Shown here one piece after another: positions 1-7,726 of a DNA stretch of 24,000 bases. Made by a program: the position numbers and the translations under genes. Origin of the DNA: Candidatus Pelearchaeum sp. (GTDB lineage: Archaea; Thermoproteota; Nitrososphaeria_A; Caldarchaeales; Caldarchaeaceae). The DNA is taken from assembly GCA_015520425.1 (NCBI GenBank), contig WAQC01000142.1:1-24000 (forward strand). The letters are read 5' to 3'. Below the pieces are notes generated by a model that was given only the letters and a program-made list of their open reading frames with translations, was not told where the DNA came from and did no database searches. Position 1 is the first letter of the stretch, and each line of letters starts with the position of its first letter.

Positions 1-1
1 G

Positions 2-913
2 ATTTACTCAATATACCCTCTCCTAACTGGAGACACCTATTTACTACGCGTCCTGATACTCGTCCATATATTCGCAATACTTGCCGCGAGTCTTGACATA
101 ATCGTGGGATACACTGGCCAGCTAACCGCTGGGCATACGGCGGTATGGGGGTGGGGTGCCTTCACAACGGCGTGGATGATACTATGGTTTGGTACCAACC
201 CGCTTCTAGCTGTTCTCATGGGCGCCCTCTTCGGCGCCCTCCTAGGACTGGGAATAGGGATACTCTGCCTCCGCTTCAGATACCTACTCCTAACCCTCGT
301 AACCTTCGCCCTCCTAGTACTCTCCTACGCCCTAGCGCGGCAATTCACAGACATAACAGGAGGAGAACTAGGCCTTCACGGAATAACTCCAATAACAAAG
401 AACCCAATACTCAGCTTCTACATCACCTTCGGCGCCCTCCTAATAACCGTGGTATCCCTCTTCGCATTAGGCAGGTCGCGTATAGGTCTGAGGATGAAAT
501 CCATCAAGGAAGATGAGGTAGCGGCCGAGACGATTGGGATAAACACTGTGCGCTACAAGGTTCTCGCCAACGTCATAGGCTCGTTCTACGCAGGGCTGGC
601 TGGGGGGCTCTACACAACATACACAACCAGCGTCGGGGCAAGCATATTCTTCCTAGACCACCTCCTACGCCTCATACTCATGTGGGGAATAGGAGGCGGC
701 GGCACAATAATAGGACCAGTAATAGGCGCCTACGCGGTCATGCTACTCTCAGAGTATCTTAGATTCATAGAAGAGTTTAGGCTAATACTCCTCGGAGTAA
801 TAATGATACTAATAATGCGCTTCTTCCCAGCAGGCCTTTATGGAATGATAAACTTAACACTCATGAAGACACCAGTGAGAGGAGGAAGACCAAATGAGCC
901 TCCTAAAAGTTGA
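2..913 (+). CDS. livM: Branched-chain amino acid type (LIV-I) ABC transporter permease, LivM-like; 5' end lies outside the window
   Basis: The open frame extends upstream of the annotated Met at 104 (IYSIYPLLTGDTYLLRVLILVHIFAILAASLDIIVGYTGQLTAGHTAVWGWGAF...), typical of LivM. It is hydrophobic with an EAA-like segment (GRSRIGLRMKSIKEDEVAAETIGINTVRYKVLANVIGSFYAGLAGGLY) and is followed directly by livG/livF. Confidence 0.9.
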   Translation: MYSIYPLLTGDTYLLRVLILVHIFAILAASLDIIVGYTGQLTAGHTAVWGWGAFTTAWMILWFGTNPLLAVLMGALFGALLGLGIGILCLRFRYLLLTLVTFALLVLSYALARQFTDITGGELGLHGITPITKNPILSFYITFGALLITVVSLFALGRSRIGLRMKSIKEDEVAAETIGINTVRYKVLANVIGSFYAGLAGGLYTTYTTSVGASIFFLDHLLRLILMWGIGGGGTIIGPVIGAYAVMLLSEYLRFIEEFRLILLGVIMILIMRFFPAGLYGMINLTLMKTPVRGGRPNEPPKS

Positions 914-1604
914 GAATGCCACCAAACGATTTGGAGGGAACGTGGCGGTTAACGCCATGAGCCTGGAGGTTAATGAGGCAGAGATAGTGGGCATCATAGG
1001 GCCCAACGGCTCTGGAAAAACCACCCTCCTAAACCTCATAAACGGAATAATACAACTAGACTCAGGAGCAATCTTCCTGCGTGGAAAGCCTATACATAAT
1101 AAAAAACCACATCAGCTGGTGCGTTTAGGAATAGGGAGAACATTCCAGATAACGCGGGTATTTCGGGAGCTTACGGTATTGGAAAACATGTTATCAATCG
1201 TTGAGGCTGGAAAGAGCGATAAGAATAATCTTGTGGAAAATGCTTTCAATCTCCTAGAGCTCATAGGTCTCTCAGACAAGCTTGACGCGCGGGCAGGGAC
1301 ACTCTCAGGTGGCCAGCAAAAGCTTCTGGAATTCGCCCGCACACTAATGCTAAACCCCACAATACTACTCCTAGACGAGCCATTCGCTGGCGTGCATCCA
1401 AAGATAGTGATGAAGCTCTCGGAGCTTATACTGGATATGAGAAAGCAAGGAAAGACATTCCTCATAATAAGCCACGACATACATACGATATCATGGCTTA
1501 GCGATAGGCTGGTTGTGATGAATGAGGGACGTAAGGTCGCTGAGGGGAGCCCAGAGCAGATTAAACAAGACCGTGAGGTAGTTAGAGCATATTTGGGGGT
1601 GTAA
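894..1604 (+). CDS. livG: LIV-I ABC transporter ATP-binding protein, LivG-like
   Basis: Walker A GPNGSGKTT, signature LSGGQQKLLEFARTLM, Walker B ILLLDEPFAGVHP. Overlaps the 3' end of the permease frame. Confidence 0.93.
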   Translation: MSLLKVENATKRFGGNVAVNAMSLEVNEAEIVGIIGPNGSGKTTLLNLINGIIQLDSGAIFLRGKPIHNKKPHQLVRLGIGRTFQITRVFRELTVLENMLSIVEAGKSDKNNLVENAFNLLELIGLSDKLDARAGTLSGGQQKLLEFARTLMLNPTILLLDEPFAGVHPKIVMKLSELILDMRKQGKTFLIISHDIHTISWLSDRLVVMNEGRKVAEGSPEQIKQDREVVRAYLGV

Positions 1605-1607
1605 TGT

Positions 1608-2351
1608 TTGTCGCTTGTTGTTAGGGATATTTACTCAGGATACTTCCGCGACGTGAATGTTTTACGCGGAGTGAGCCTTGAGGTCTGCGAAGGCTCCATA
1701 ACAGCCGTTCTAGGCCCCAACGGCTCTGGAAAATCAACACTACTAAAAACAATATACGGATACCTAAAACCATCCAGCGGTAAGATACTACTTGACAGCC
1801 ATGACATAACAGGAATGAAGACCCACGACCTCCTCAGGATGGGCCTCGCCTACGTTGCTCAGGAAAGTGGAATATTCCCACACCTAACAGTTGAGGAAAA
1901 CCTAAAGACTGGTCTCTGGATACTGCGCAAAGAAAAACATATCGTAAGAGAGAGGCTTGAAGAGATTTACAACAGATTTGAAATACTCTCCGAGAAACGC
2001 AACGTTAAGGCAGGTTTTCTAAGCGGAGGCCAGCAACGCCTCCTCCAGATAGCAAAAGCGCTCCTCACCAAACCAAGAATAATACTAATGGACGAGCCCT
2101 CCTCAGGGCTCTCACCAAAAGTCCTAGATGAAGTATATGGAATAATCACAAAGCTCCGCGACGAAGGAAAAACAATACTACTCGTGGAGCAGAACGTCAG
2201 AAAAGCCCTGGAAGTTGCTGACGCGATAAACGTGATAGAGCTCGGCCAGACAAAATTCAGCGGAACAAAAAGAGAGTTTGAAGAACGGCTGGAGGAGATA
2301 ATCGGAATATGGGGATTCAAGGCAGCAGGATTACAGCACGGCAAGGGCTAG
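1608..2351 (+). CDS. livF: LIV-I ABC transporter ATP-binding protein, LivF-like (TTG start)
   Basis: Walker A GPNGSGKST, signature LSGGQQRLLQIAKALL, Walker B IILMDEPSSGLSP. Only 3 bp separate it from livG. Confidence 0.92.
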   Translation: MSLVVRDIYSGYFRDVNVLRGVSLEVCEGSITAVLGPNGSGKSTLLKTIYGYLKPSSGKILLDSHDITGMKTHDLLRMGLAYVAQESGIFPHLTVEENLKTGLWILRKEKHIVRERLEEIYNRFEILSEKRNVKAGFLSGGQQRLLQIAKALLTKPRIILMDEPSSGLSPKVLDEVYGIITKLRDEGKTILLVEQNVRKALEVADAINVIELGQTKFSGTKREFEERLEEIIGIWGFKAAGLQHGKG

Positions 2352-2451
2352 GGGGAAGAAACAGAAGACCAAGGCAACCGATATTTGATAGGTCTAGTGT
2401 GAATGCTCAATTTAGGAGGGTTTGAGGCTCTTCTACAGTGTTGTGAGTTGA

Positions 2452-2468
2452 ATAAGATATATTAATGT
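2452..2468 (+). promoter_or_regulatory. Putative archaeal TATA box/promoter for the VapB-like ORF (probably leaderless)
   Basis: The A/T block 'aataagatatattaatg' is centred about 26 nt upstream of the ATG at 2487. Confidence 0.45.
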
Positions 2469-2486
2469 GGTTGCTGTATTACATGT

Positions 2487-2726
2487 ATGGCTGTAATTAC
2501 GGTTAGGGTTGATGACGAGACGAAGAGGATGATGGAGCAGGTCGGGATTAACTGGAGTGAATTCATCAGAGAAGCCATTAAGAAAAAGTTGTCTGAAGAG
2601 AGGAGGAAGAACCTGGCAAGAGCCGTTTTAATAAACGAGAAAGTTAGGAAGAAGAGTGGTGTAGAGCCTAAAGCAGAGGAACTGGTCAGAGCCTTTAGAG
2701 ATGGTAGGTATGGAGGTGGTAATTGA
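2487..2726 (+). CDS. VapB-like ribbon-helix-helix antitoxin
   Basis: 79 aa, N-terminus MAVITVRVDDETKRMMEQVGINWSEFIREAIKKKLSEE (RHH-like), overlapping a PIN-domain reading frame downstream. Confidence 0.75.
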   Translation: MAVITVRVDDETKRMMEQVGINWSEFIREAIKKKLSEERRKNLARAVLINEKVRKKSGVEPKAEELVRAFRDGRYGGGN

Positions 2727-3135
2727 CGCCAGCGTCATCGTCAAGTGGTTCGTCGCGGAGAAAGGCTCCGACTACGCACTTAAGCTCAGAGACATGTACA
2801 TTAGCGGGGAAATCAAAATCGCCGCCCCAGAGCTACTGCTTTACGAGGTCTTAAACGCAGTCCAACATAAGGGGCTCTTCTCATAAAACGAGATAAAAGA
2901 TATTGCAGAAGCACTAGAAGAGTATTCATTCAACCTCTACCCACTCAGGGGAGAATACGCCGCAAAAACAGTCGAAACAGCACATAAGAACCGCGTAACA
3001 ATATACGACGCTGCTTACATAGCACTAGCAATAATGAAGAATACCCACCTCTATACAGCCGACATCAAACTAATAGAAAAACTACAAACCAAGTATTCCA
3101 GATATGTAAAAAGCCTAGAAAGCCTCTCACGCTAA
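2710..3135 (+). pseudogene. VapC-like PIN-domain toxin interrupted by one in-frame TAA at 2884-2886
   Basis: From 2710: MEVVIDASVIVKWFVAEKGSDYALKLRDMYISGEIKIAAPELLLYEVLNAVQHKGLFS*NEIKDIAEALEEYSFNLYPLRGEYAAKTVETAHKNRVTIYDAAYIALAIMKNTHLYTADIKLIEKLQTKYSRYVKSLESLSR*. The frame is unchanged across the stop, and the PIN acidic residues (DAS, E, YDAAY, TAD) are all present. Confidence 0.85.
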
Positions 3136-3251
3136 ACAACACTATCCACAACACTTCAAGCCACGCAACAACGCCTCTATATCATTATAACTTTCAATTT
3201 CCTTTTGGAATCAGCTTAAACTCTAGCCGTATATTACTCTCCTTTAGATGA

Positions 3252-3449
3252 TTATTCTGTAATCTCCATCTGTATAACTTTACCCTTCTTAATAGAAACT
3301 CACCTAACAAGACCATATCCAACAAGCCGATTCAACAACTCATAGACAGACTTACTACCCTACCTCCTCTCTAGCTCAGACGCGGAAACCCATAGCATAG
3401 TATAAAAAATAGCTAAAACAGAGACTCGGCCTCGCTCAGCCTTGAATCT
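3252..3449 (-). pseudogene. Decayed winged-helix/HTH regulator-like reading frame with two in-frame stops
   Basis: Minus-strand translation: FKAERGRVSVLAIFYTMLWVSASELERR*GSKSVYELLNRLVGYGLVR*VSIKKGKVIQMEITE*. It resembles a wHTH (ASELERR..SKSVYELLNRLVGYGLVR + wing). Stops lie at 3360-3362 (TAG) and 3300-3302 (TGA). Confidence 0.55.
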
Positions 3450-3493
3450 TCAACCTAGTTCATGGCAGTTTAGTTAAATGGATTAAGTTGACC

Positions 3494-3591
3494 TGGGGGC
3501 GGTGGGACTTGAACCCACGGCCTTCGGGTGTCCTCTGACCAGTGTTGGTTGATCTGGAGCCCGACGCCCTACCTTGCTAGGCTACGCCCCC
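3494..3591 (-). tRNA. tRNA-Trp (anticodon CCA) with a ~24-nt intron near position 37/38; 3' CCA not encoded
   Basis: Reverse complement: GGGGGCG TA GCCT AGCAAGGTA GGGC G TCGGG CTCCAG [ATCAACCAACACTGGTCAGAGGAC] A CCCGA AGGCC GTGGG TTCAAGT CCCAC CGCCCCC A. The acceptor (7 bp), D, anticodon and T stems all pair. Intron at about 3530-3553. Confidence 0.9.
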
Positions 3592-3636
3592 ATCCTATGG
3601 CTACCGTTTGAGTTATTCTCTAGCGGTTATTTGAAT

Positions 3637-3643
3637 TTTATAC
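3637..3643 (-). promoter_or_regulatory. Putative TATA box of tRNA-Trp
   Basis: Minus-strand GAGTATAAAATTC lies about 49 nt upstream of the tRNA 5' end, implying a ~20-nt 5' leader. Confidence 0.4.
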
Positions 3644-3664
3644 TCCGTATTTCGGGGTTGGCTG

Positions 3665-4504
3665 TCATCTTAGTTGTTTGACGATTGTCATGAGTTGTTT
3701 TACGCGGTTTATGTCTATTGGGTTCCAGAATTTTCCGTCTTTGCGTAGGTATGAGCCGACTATTGCGCCGTCTGCGTGTTTTAGGAGTTGTGGGGCGTTT
3801 TCTGGTGTTAGTCCGCTTCCGACCAGAACTGGGAGGAGTGTAGCCTTTTTTGCGGCTATTACTTTCTCCGCTGGTGTTGCAGCCCCTGTCCTGGTGCCAG
3901 ATACGATTATGGCGTCTGCGTCAAAGAACTCCACATCAAGGACCTGCTCCTCAAATGGTCTATCACTGATTATGAAGTGGCTTCCGTGCTTTACCTGTAC
4001 GTCTGCGAATACCTTGATATGCTCTGCTCTTAGGTGGTTTCTGTATCTTAGCGCTTTGTGTGCGATTGCCTCTACGAATCCCTCGTCGGCTATGTATGCG
4101 TTTGCCCATTCTGCTGCCCTAACCCAGCGTGCTCCAGATGCTAGGGCTGCTGCCATAGCTTGTATAACTCCATTAGCTAAGCAGCAAATCCCCACTGGCA
4201 TTCCTGTGGTCTTCCTAACTTCGCGCGCCACAACCGCGAGTATGGCGGTGGTTTCATGTCCTATGTCGTCTGGCTTGAGGTATGGTATATCCCCTATATT
4301 CTCCACCTGTAGCCCATCTACATCACCCGACTTTAGAAGCTCCGCGTCTCGCAGCGCGTATTCAATTATATCCTCAACAGGCTGGCCCCTATAGCGCGGC
4401 GCTCCTGGAAGTGGTGGTAGGTGTATCATCGCTATTATCGGTTTAGGGTTCTTGAACAACTCCTTTAGAGGGTCTGGCTTGATTGGTGCATGAGCTTCGG
4501 GCAT
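3665..4504 (-). CDS. BtpA/SgcQ-family TIM-barrel protein (paralog 1)
   Basis: PKPIIAMIHLPPLPGAPRYRG...DAELLKSGDVDGLQVENIGDIPYLKPDDIGHETTAILAVVAREVRKTTGMPVGICCLANG...IIVSGTRTGAATPAEKV...PVLVGSGLTPENAPQLLKHADGAIVGSYL. The ORF extends to 4513 with a TTG start; the ATG at 4504 is more likely. Confidence 0.88.
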   Translation of the reverse strand: MPEAHAPIKPDPLKELFKNPKPIIAMIHLPPLPGAPRYRGQPVEDIIEYALRDAELLKSGDVDGLQVENIGDIPYLKPDDIGHETTAILAVVAREVRKTTGMPVGICCLANGVIQAMAAALASGARWVRAAEWANAYIADEGFVEAIAHKALRYRNHLRAEHIKVFADVQVKHGSHFIISDRPFEEQVLDVEFFDADAIIVSGTRTGAATPAEKVIAAKKATLLPVLVGSGLTPENAPQLLKHADGAIVGSYLRKDGKFWNPIDINRVKQLMTIVKQLR

Positions 4505-4563
4505 CGCCGTCAAGATGTGTAGCCGCGTACTTAAGGGTGTTGAGCCATGCGTGGCCTGCGGTA

Positions 4564-5499
4564 TTACCTTGGGCCCCTCCTGTGTTGAGTAACTATGTCA
4601 TCAATTCGGGGAGGCTCTCTGAGTCTTCCACCTATCGTTGCTGCTGCTAGGCCGCCCAGCCTATTTGCCAGGGTAGCGCAACGCTCTAAGCTGAGGCTCG
4701 TTACTATGCCATAAATAAAGCCAGCGGCAAAAGCGTCTCCAGAGCCTGTGGTATCCACTGGGTTTACGGATGCCGTAGGGACGTCTATAACGCCGCTCCT
4801 CCCCACAATACTACAGCCGCGGGAGCCACGTTTTAGCACGAAGATACTCCCTATACTCAAGGCTGCCTCACCAATGCTAGTAATGCCCAACCTACCGAGA
4901 AGTTCGCCTGCCTCATCCTCATTCATAAATACGTAGTCAAAAGACCTAAGAAGCTCGTCCAGTTGTTCTCCACCTCTTATGAGAGGTATGCATAGGTCTA
5001 GCGTCTTAGGTATGCCGTGCTTATCTGCTTTCTCCATAATATATTCGGCTGCTCTCTTCTGTGGTTCTTCCAAGAAACAATATCCAGAGATATGTATCAG
5101 TGTTGATTCTGATGCTATATCTCTAGGAAGCAACGCATGTGTAAGGTGCTTATTGGCCCCTCTATATGCGAACATCGTCCTCTCGCCGCCGCGGCTTACC
5201 ACAACATATACAACGCCTGTTGATTCTTTCTCGGTCTTCTGTATGTAACGTGTCCCAACCCTGGCTTTGCGGAGCTCCTCAACCAGAAACTCTCCAACGA
5301 TATCCATGCCCACGCAGCTCACCAGCTCGGAAGATAGTCCGAGAAGTCTAAGTGCATGGGCTACGTTGGCGGCTGAGCCACCAGAAGAAATGTAAGCCCT
5401 ATTAGCTATGGACTCGCCGCCGAGCTTGGGTATATCATCGTGAAAAGCTATAATATCCAGATTAAGGTCGCCGACGCATATAACGCGGCCCTCACGCAT
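4564..5499 (-). CDS. PfkB-family carbohydrate/nucleoside kinase
   Basis: ICVGDLNLDIIAF...GGESIANRAYISSGGSAANVAHALRLLGL; C-terminal VNPVDTTGSGDAFAAGFIYG (PfkB signature 2). ATG at 5499 preferred over the upstream 5523 start. Confidence 0.88.
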   Translation of the reverse strand: MREGRVICVGDLNLDIIAFHDDIPKLGGESIANRAYISSGGSAANVAHALRLLGLSSELVSCVGMDIVGEFLVEELRKARVGTRYIQKTEKESTGVVYVVVSRGGERTMFAYRGANKHLTHALLPRDIASESTLIHISGYCFLEEPQKRAAEYIMEKADKHGIPKTLDLCIPLIRGGEQLDELLRSFDYVFMNEDEAGELLGRLGITSIGEAALSIGSIFVLKRGSRGCSIVGRSGVIDVPTASVNPVDTTGSGDAFAAGFIYGIVTSLSLERCATLANRLGGLAAATIGGRLREPPRIDDIVTQHRRGPR

Positions 5500-5625
5500 G
5501 GTCAGAAAAACGATAACAAACAAAACATAAGAATTATCATACCCACGGTCAATCTACGCTCTTAATCGGGAAGTGATGGCATAATTTTTATCGGATTATT
5601 TTTTAGACTAGCGTTGTGCGTCTTT

Positions 5626-6024
5626 ATGGTATCGGATAAGGAGCTTCTTGGTTTGGCTTTCAGGGCTACGCGACGGTCTTATGCGCCTTATTCGCGCTTT
5701 AGGGTTGGTGCGGCCTTGCTATTAGACAGCGGTGAAGTAATCTTAGGGAGTAATGTGGAGAACGCCAGCTATGGGTTATCCATGTGCGCTGAGCGCGTCG
5801 CTGTCTTTAAAGCGGTTTCTGAGGGAAAGACGCAGTTCAAGGCTATGGCTGTTGTCTCGCGGAAGAGAAACCCCGTATACCCCTGCGGAGCATGTAGGCA
5901 GGTTCTGCGAGAGTTCAACCCAGCGATAAAGATAATCACCGCTGGAAAGAATAGAAAGCCGCTGATAACCAGTTTAAAGAAGCTGCTGCCGAAGAGCTTC
6001 GGCCCTGAAGACCTATCAAAATAA
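5626..6024 (+). CDS. cdd: Cytidine deaminase
   Basis: YAPYSRFRVGAALL...GSNVENASYGLSMCAERVAVFKAV...YPCGACRQVLREF: zinc-binding CAER and PCGAC motifs. ATG at 5626 preferred over the track TTG at 5614. Confidence 0.93.
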   Translation: MVSDKELLGLAFRATRRSYAPYSRFRVGAALLLDSGEVILGSNVENASYGLSMCAERVAVFKAVSEGKTQFKAMAVVSRKRNPVYPCGACRQVLREFNPAIKIITAGKNRKPLITSLKKLLPKSFGPEDLSK

Positions 6025-6072
6025 TAGAGACCTAGAATAAGGGCAGCATTACTGGATGGAGGTGCGCTATGG

Positions 6073-7023
6073 GTGAAGCGGTTGATAATTGATACAGACA
6101 CTGCTGGTGATGATACTATATCAATACTGTTGGCGCTTAAGTGGCCTGGGGTTAGGCTTGAGGCGGTAACAGTTGTTGCTGGTAATGTGGAGTTCTGGCA
6201 GGAGGTGGAGAATGCTCTCTATACCGTTGAGCGCTTCGCCAGCTATCGCGTCCCCGTCTATCCAGGATGTAGCCGCCCCCTCCTCAAGAGCTGGCGCTAC
6301 GCCGATTATGTCCATGGAAAGGATGGGATGGGAGAGAACTACTTCCCGAAAGCCAAACAGCGGCCAGAGAATAAACACGCAGTCCAAGCCTTGCTGGAGC
6401 TGGTCAACTCAAGCCCAGGGGAGTATACGATAATCGCTCAGGGCCCGTTAACCAACATAGCCACAGCGATATTGCTTGACCGTGATTTTGTCAAGAATAT
6501 AGATAGGCTATATGTTATGGGCGGCTATGCCGATGGTTTCGGGAACATAACCCCAGCAGCGGAGTATAACTTCTGGGTAGACCCCGACGCTGCGAGGATT
6601 GTGCTTGAGTCTGGTATTAGGCCTGTTATAGTTGGCTGGGATATTGCGCTGAAGTATAGTGTAGTCTCTGAGGAGGAGCATCGTGAAATAGCTGGATGGG
6701 GGACTAGTGAGGCGGATTTCTTCGTGAAGGTGAATAGGAAAGTTGTGGAGTTTGAGAAGCGTGTCGTCGGTGTTGCTGGGAGCACCCATCCAGACACCAT
6801 AACGACGGCCATAGCCATAGAGCCTCGCGTGGGGAAGAGGATAGAGCCGCGCTATGTGGCGGTTGAGAATGAAAGCGAGCTCACGCGGGGGATGTCGGTG
6901 GTGGACCACCTAGGAGTACTAGGCAAAGAACCCAACGCAGATGTATGCTACGAGGCTGATGGCGAGCTATTCAAGAAGATGCTATTCTCAGTCTTGAAGG
7001 GCAGGCCTGGTGAGCTTGGATGA
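6073..7023 (+). CDS. Inosine/uridine-preferring type nucleoside hydrolase
   Basis: N-terminal DTDTAGDDTISILLALKWPGVRLEAVTVVAGN motif, ...IIAQGPLTNIATAI..., YVMGGYADGFGNITPAAEYNFWVDPDAARIVLESG. Confidence 0.92.
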   Translation: MKRLIIDTDTAGDDTISILLALKWPGVRLEAVTVVAGNVEFWQEVENALYTVERFASYRVPVYPGCSRPLLKSWRYADYVHGKDGMGENYFPKAKQRPENKHAVQALLELVNSSPGEYTIIAQGPLTNIATAILLDRDFVKNIDRLYVMGGYADGFGNITPAAEYNFWVDPDAARIVLESGIRPVIVGWDIALKYSVVSEEEHREIAGWGTSEADFFVKVNRKVVEFEKRVVGVAGSTHPDTITTAIAIEPRVGKRIEPRYVAVENESELTRGMSVVDHLGVLGKEPNADVCYEADGELFKKMLFSVLKGRPGELG

Positions 7024-7709
7024 GATTCTCGGCAAAGGACTTGGCTAGGAGGATACAGCATACAAACGTGGCTCCTGACGCTACGCGGGGTGATATTGAG
7101 AAGCTATGCAAAGAATGTATTGAGTATGGGTTTAGCGCAGCGGTGGTTAATCCGATATGGGTTAAGAGCGCTGTCAGCTTATTGAAGGGAACCGATGTTA
7201 AGGTCTGTGCAGCTCTCAACTTCCCGATAGGCGGCTCCACAACCCTGGCTAAGGTCGTTGAAGTACGCGATGTGGTGGCTGCTGGATGTGATGAGATAGA
7301 CTTCATGATAAACGTGGGTTATCTTAAATCAGGCATGGTTGAGGAGTTCAGGAATGATGTAGAAGCCATAGTGCGGGCTGCTGATGGGCGTGTGGTGAAG
7401 GCTATACTGGAGACAGCAATACTGAGCGAAGATGAAGTTAGGCTGGCCGCGAGGCTCTGCGAAGAGGCTGGAGTGGACTATATCAAGAACTCAACGGGCT
7501 GGGGCAAGGGAGGCCCAGCTACGGTTGATATTATAAGACTTATGCGCAGCTCGGTAAGCCCAAAAGTACGCATAAAGGCTTCGGGGGGAATACGCGACTT
7601 CAAGAGCGCTGTTGAGCTCCTAGAGGCAGGAGCCGACCTTCTAGGAACAAGCAGGGGAGTGCAGATAGTAAAGGGAACGATAGACGCTGAGGATGAGTCA
7701 TCCTACTAA
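7020..7709 (+). CDS. deoC: Deoxyribose-phosphate aldolase
   Basis: RIQHTNVAPDATRGDIEKLCKE, VCAALNFPIGGSTTLAKVVEVRDVVAAGCDEIDFMINVGYLKSG, VKAILETAILSEDEV, YIKNSTGW, RIKASGGIRDF. 4-nt ATGA overlap with the preceding gene. Confidence 0.95.
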   Translation: MRFSAKDLARRIQHTNVAPDATRGDIEKLCKECIEYGFSAAVVNPIWVKSAVSLLKGTDVKVCAALNFPIGGSTTLAKVVEVRDVVAAGCDEIDFMINVGYLKSGMVEEFRNDVEAIVRAADGRVVKAILETAILSEDEVRLAARLCEEAGVDYIKNSTGWGKGGPATVDIIRLMRSSVSPKVRIKASGGIRDFKSAVELLEAGADLLGTSRGVQIVKGTIDAEDESSY

Positions 7710-7726
7710 GAGGAGGGTTGCCGCAC

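Noticed and set aside
854-2344. Antisense ORFs 854-1039, 1112-1480 and 1967-2344 opposite the livG/livF genes
   Set aside because: Shadow frames of well-supported ABC ATPase genes, Ser/Arg-rich with no domain signatures.
3300-3362. Stop-codon recoding (TAG/TGA readthrough, e.g. Pyl or Sec) to explain the interrupted wHTH and vapC frames
   Set aside because: Three different stops (TAA, TAG, TGA) interrupt two short accessory genes side by side. No recoding element or isolated amber codon is seen in the other genes. Gene decay is simpler.
3678-4394. 238-aa plus-strand ORF opposite BtpA paralog 1
   Set aside because: Shadow ORF with a Ser/Cys/Ala-rich translation. The opposite frame has strong family motifs.
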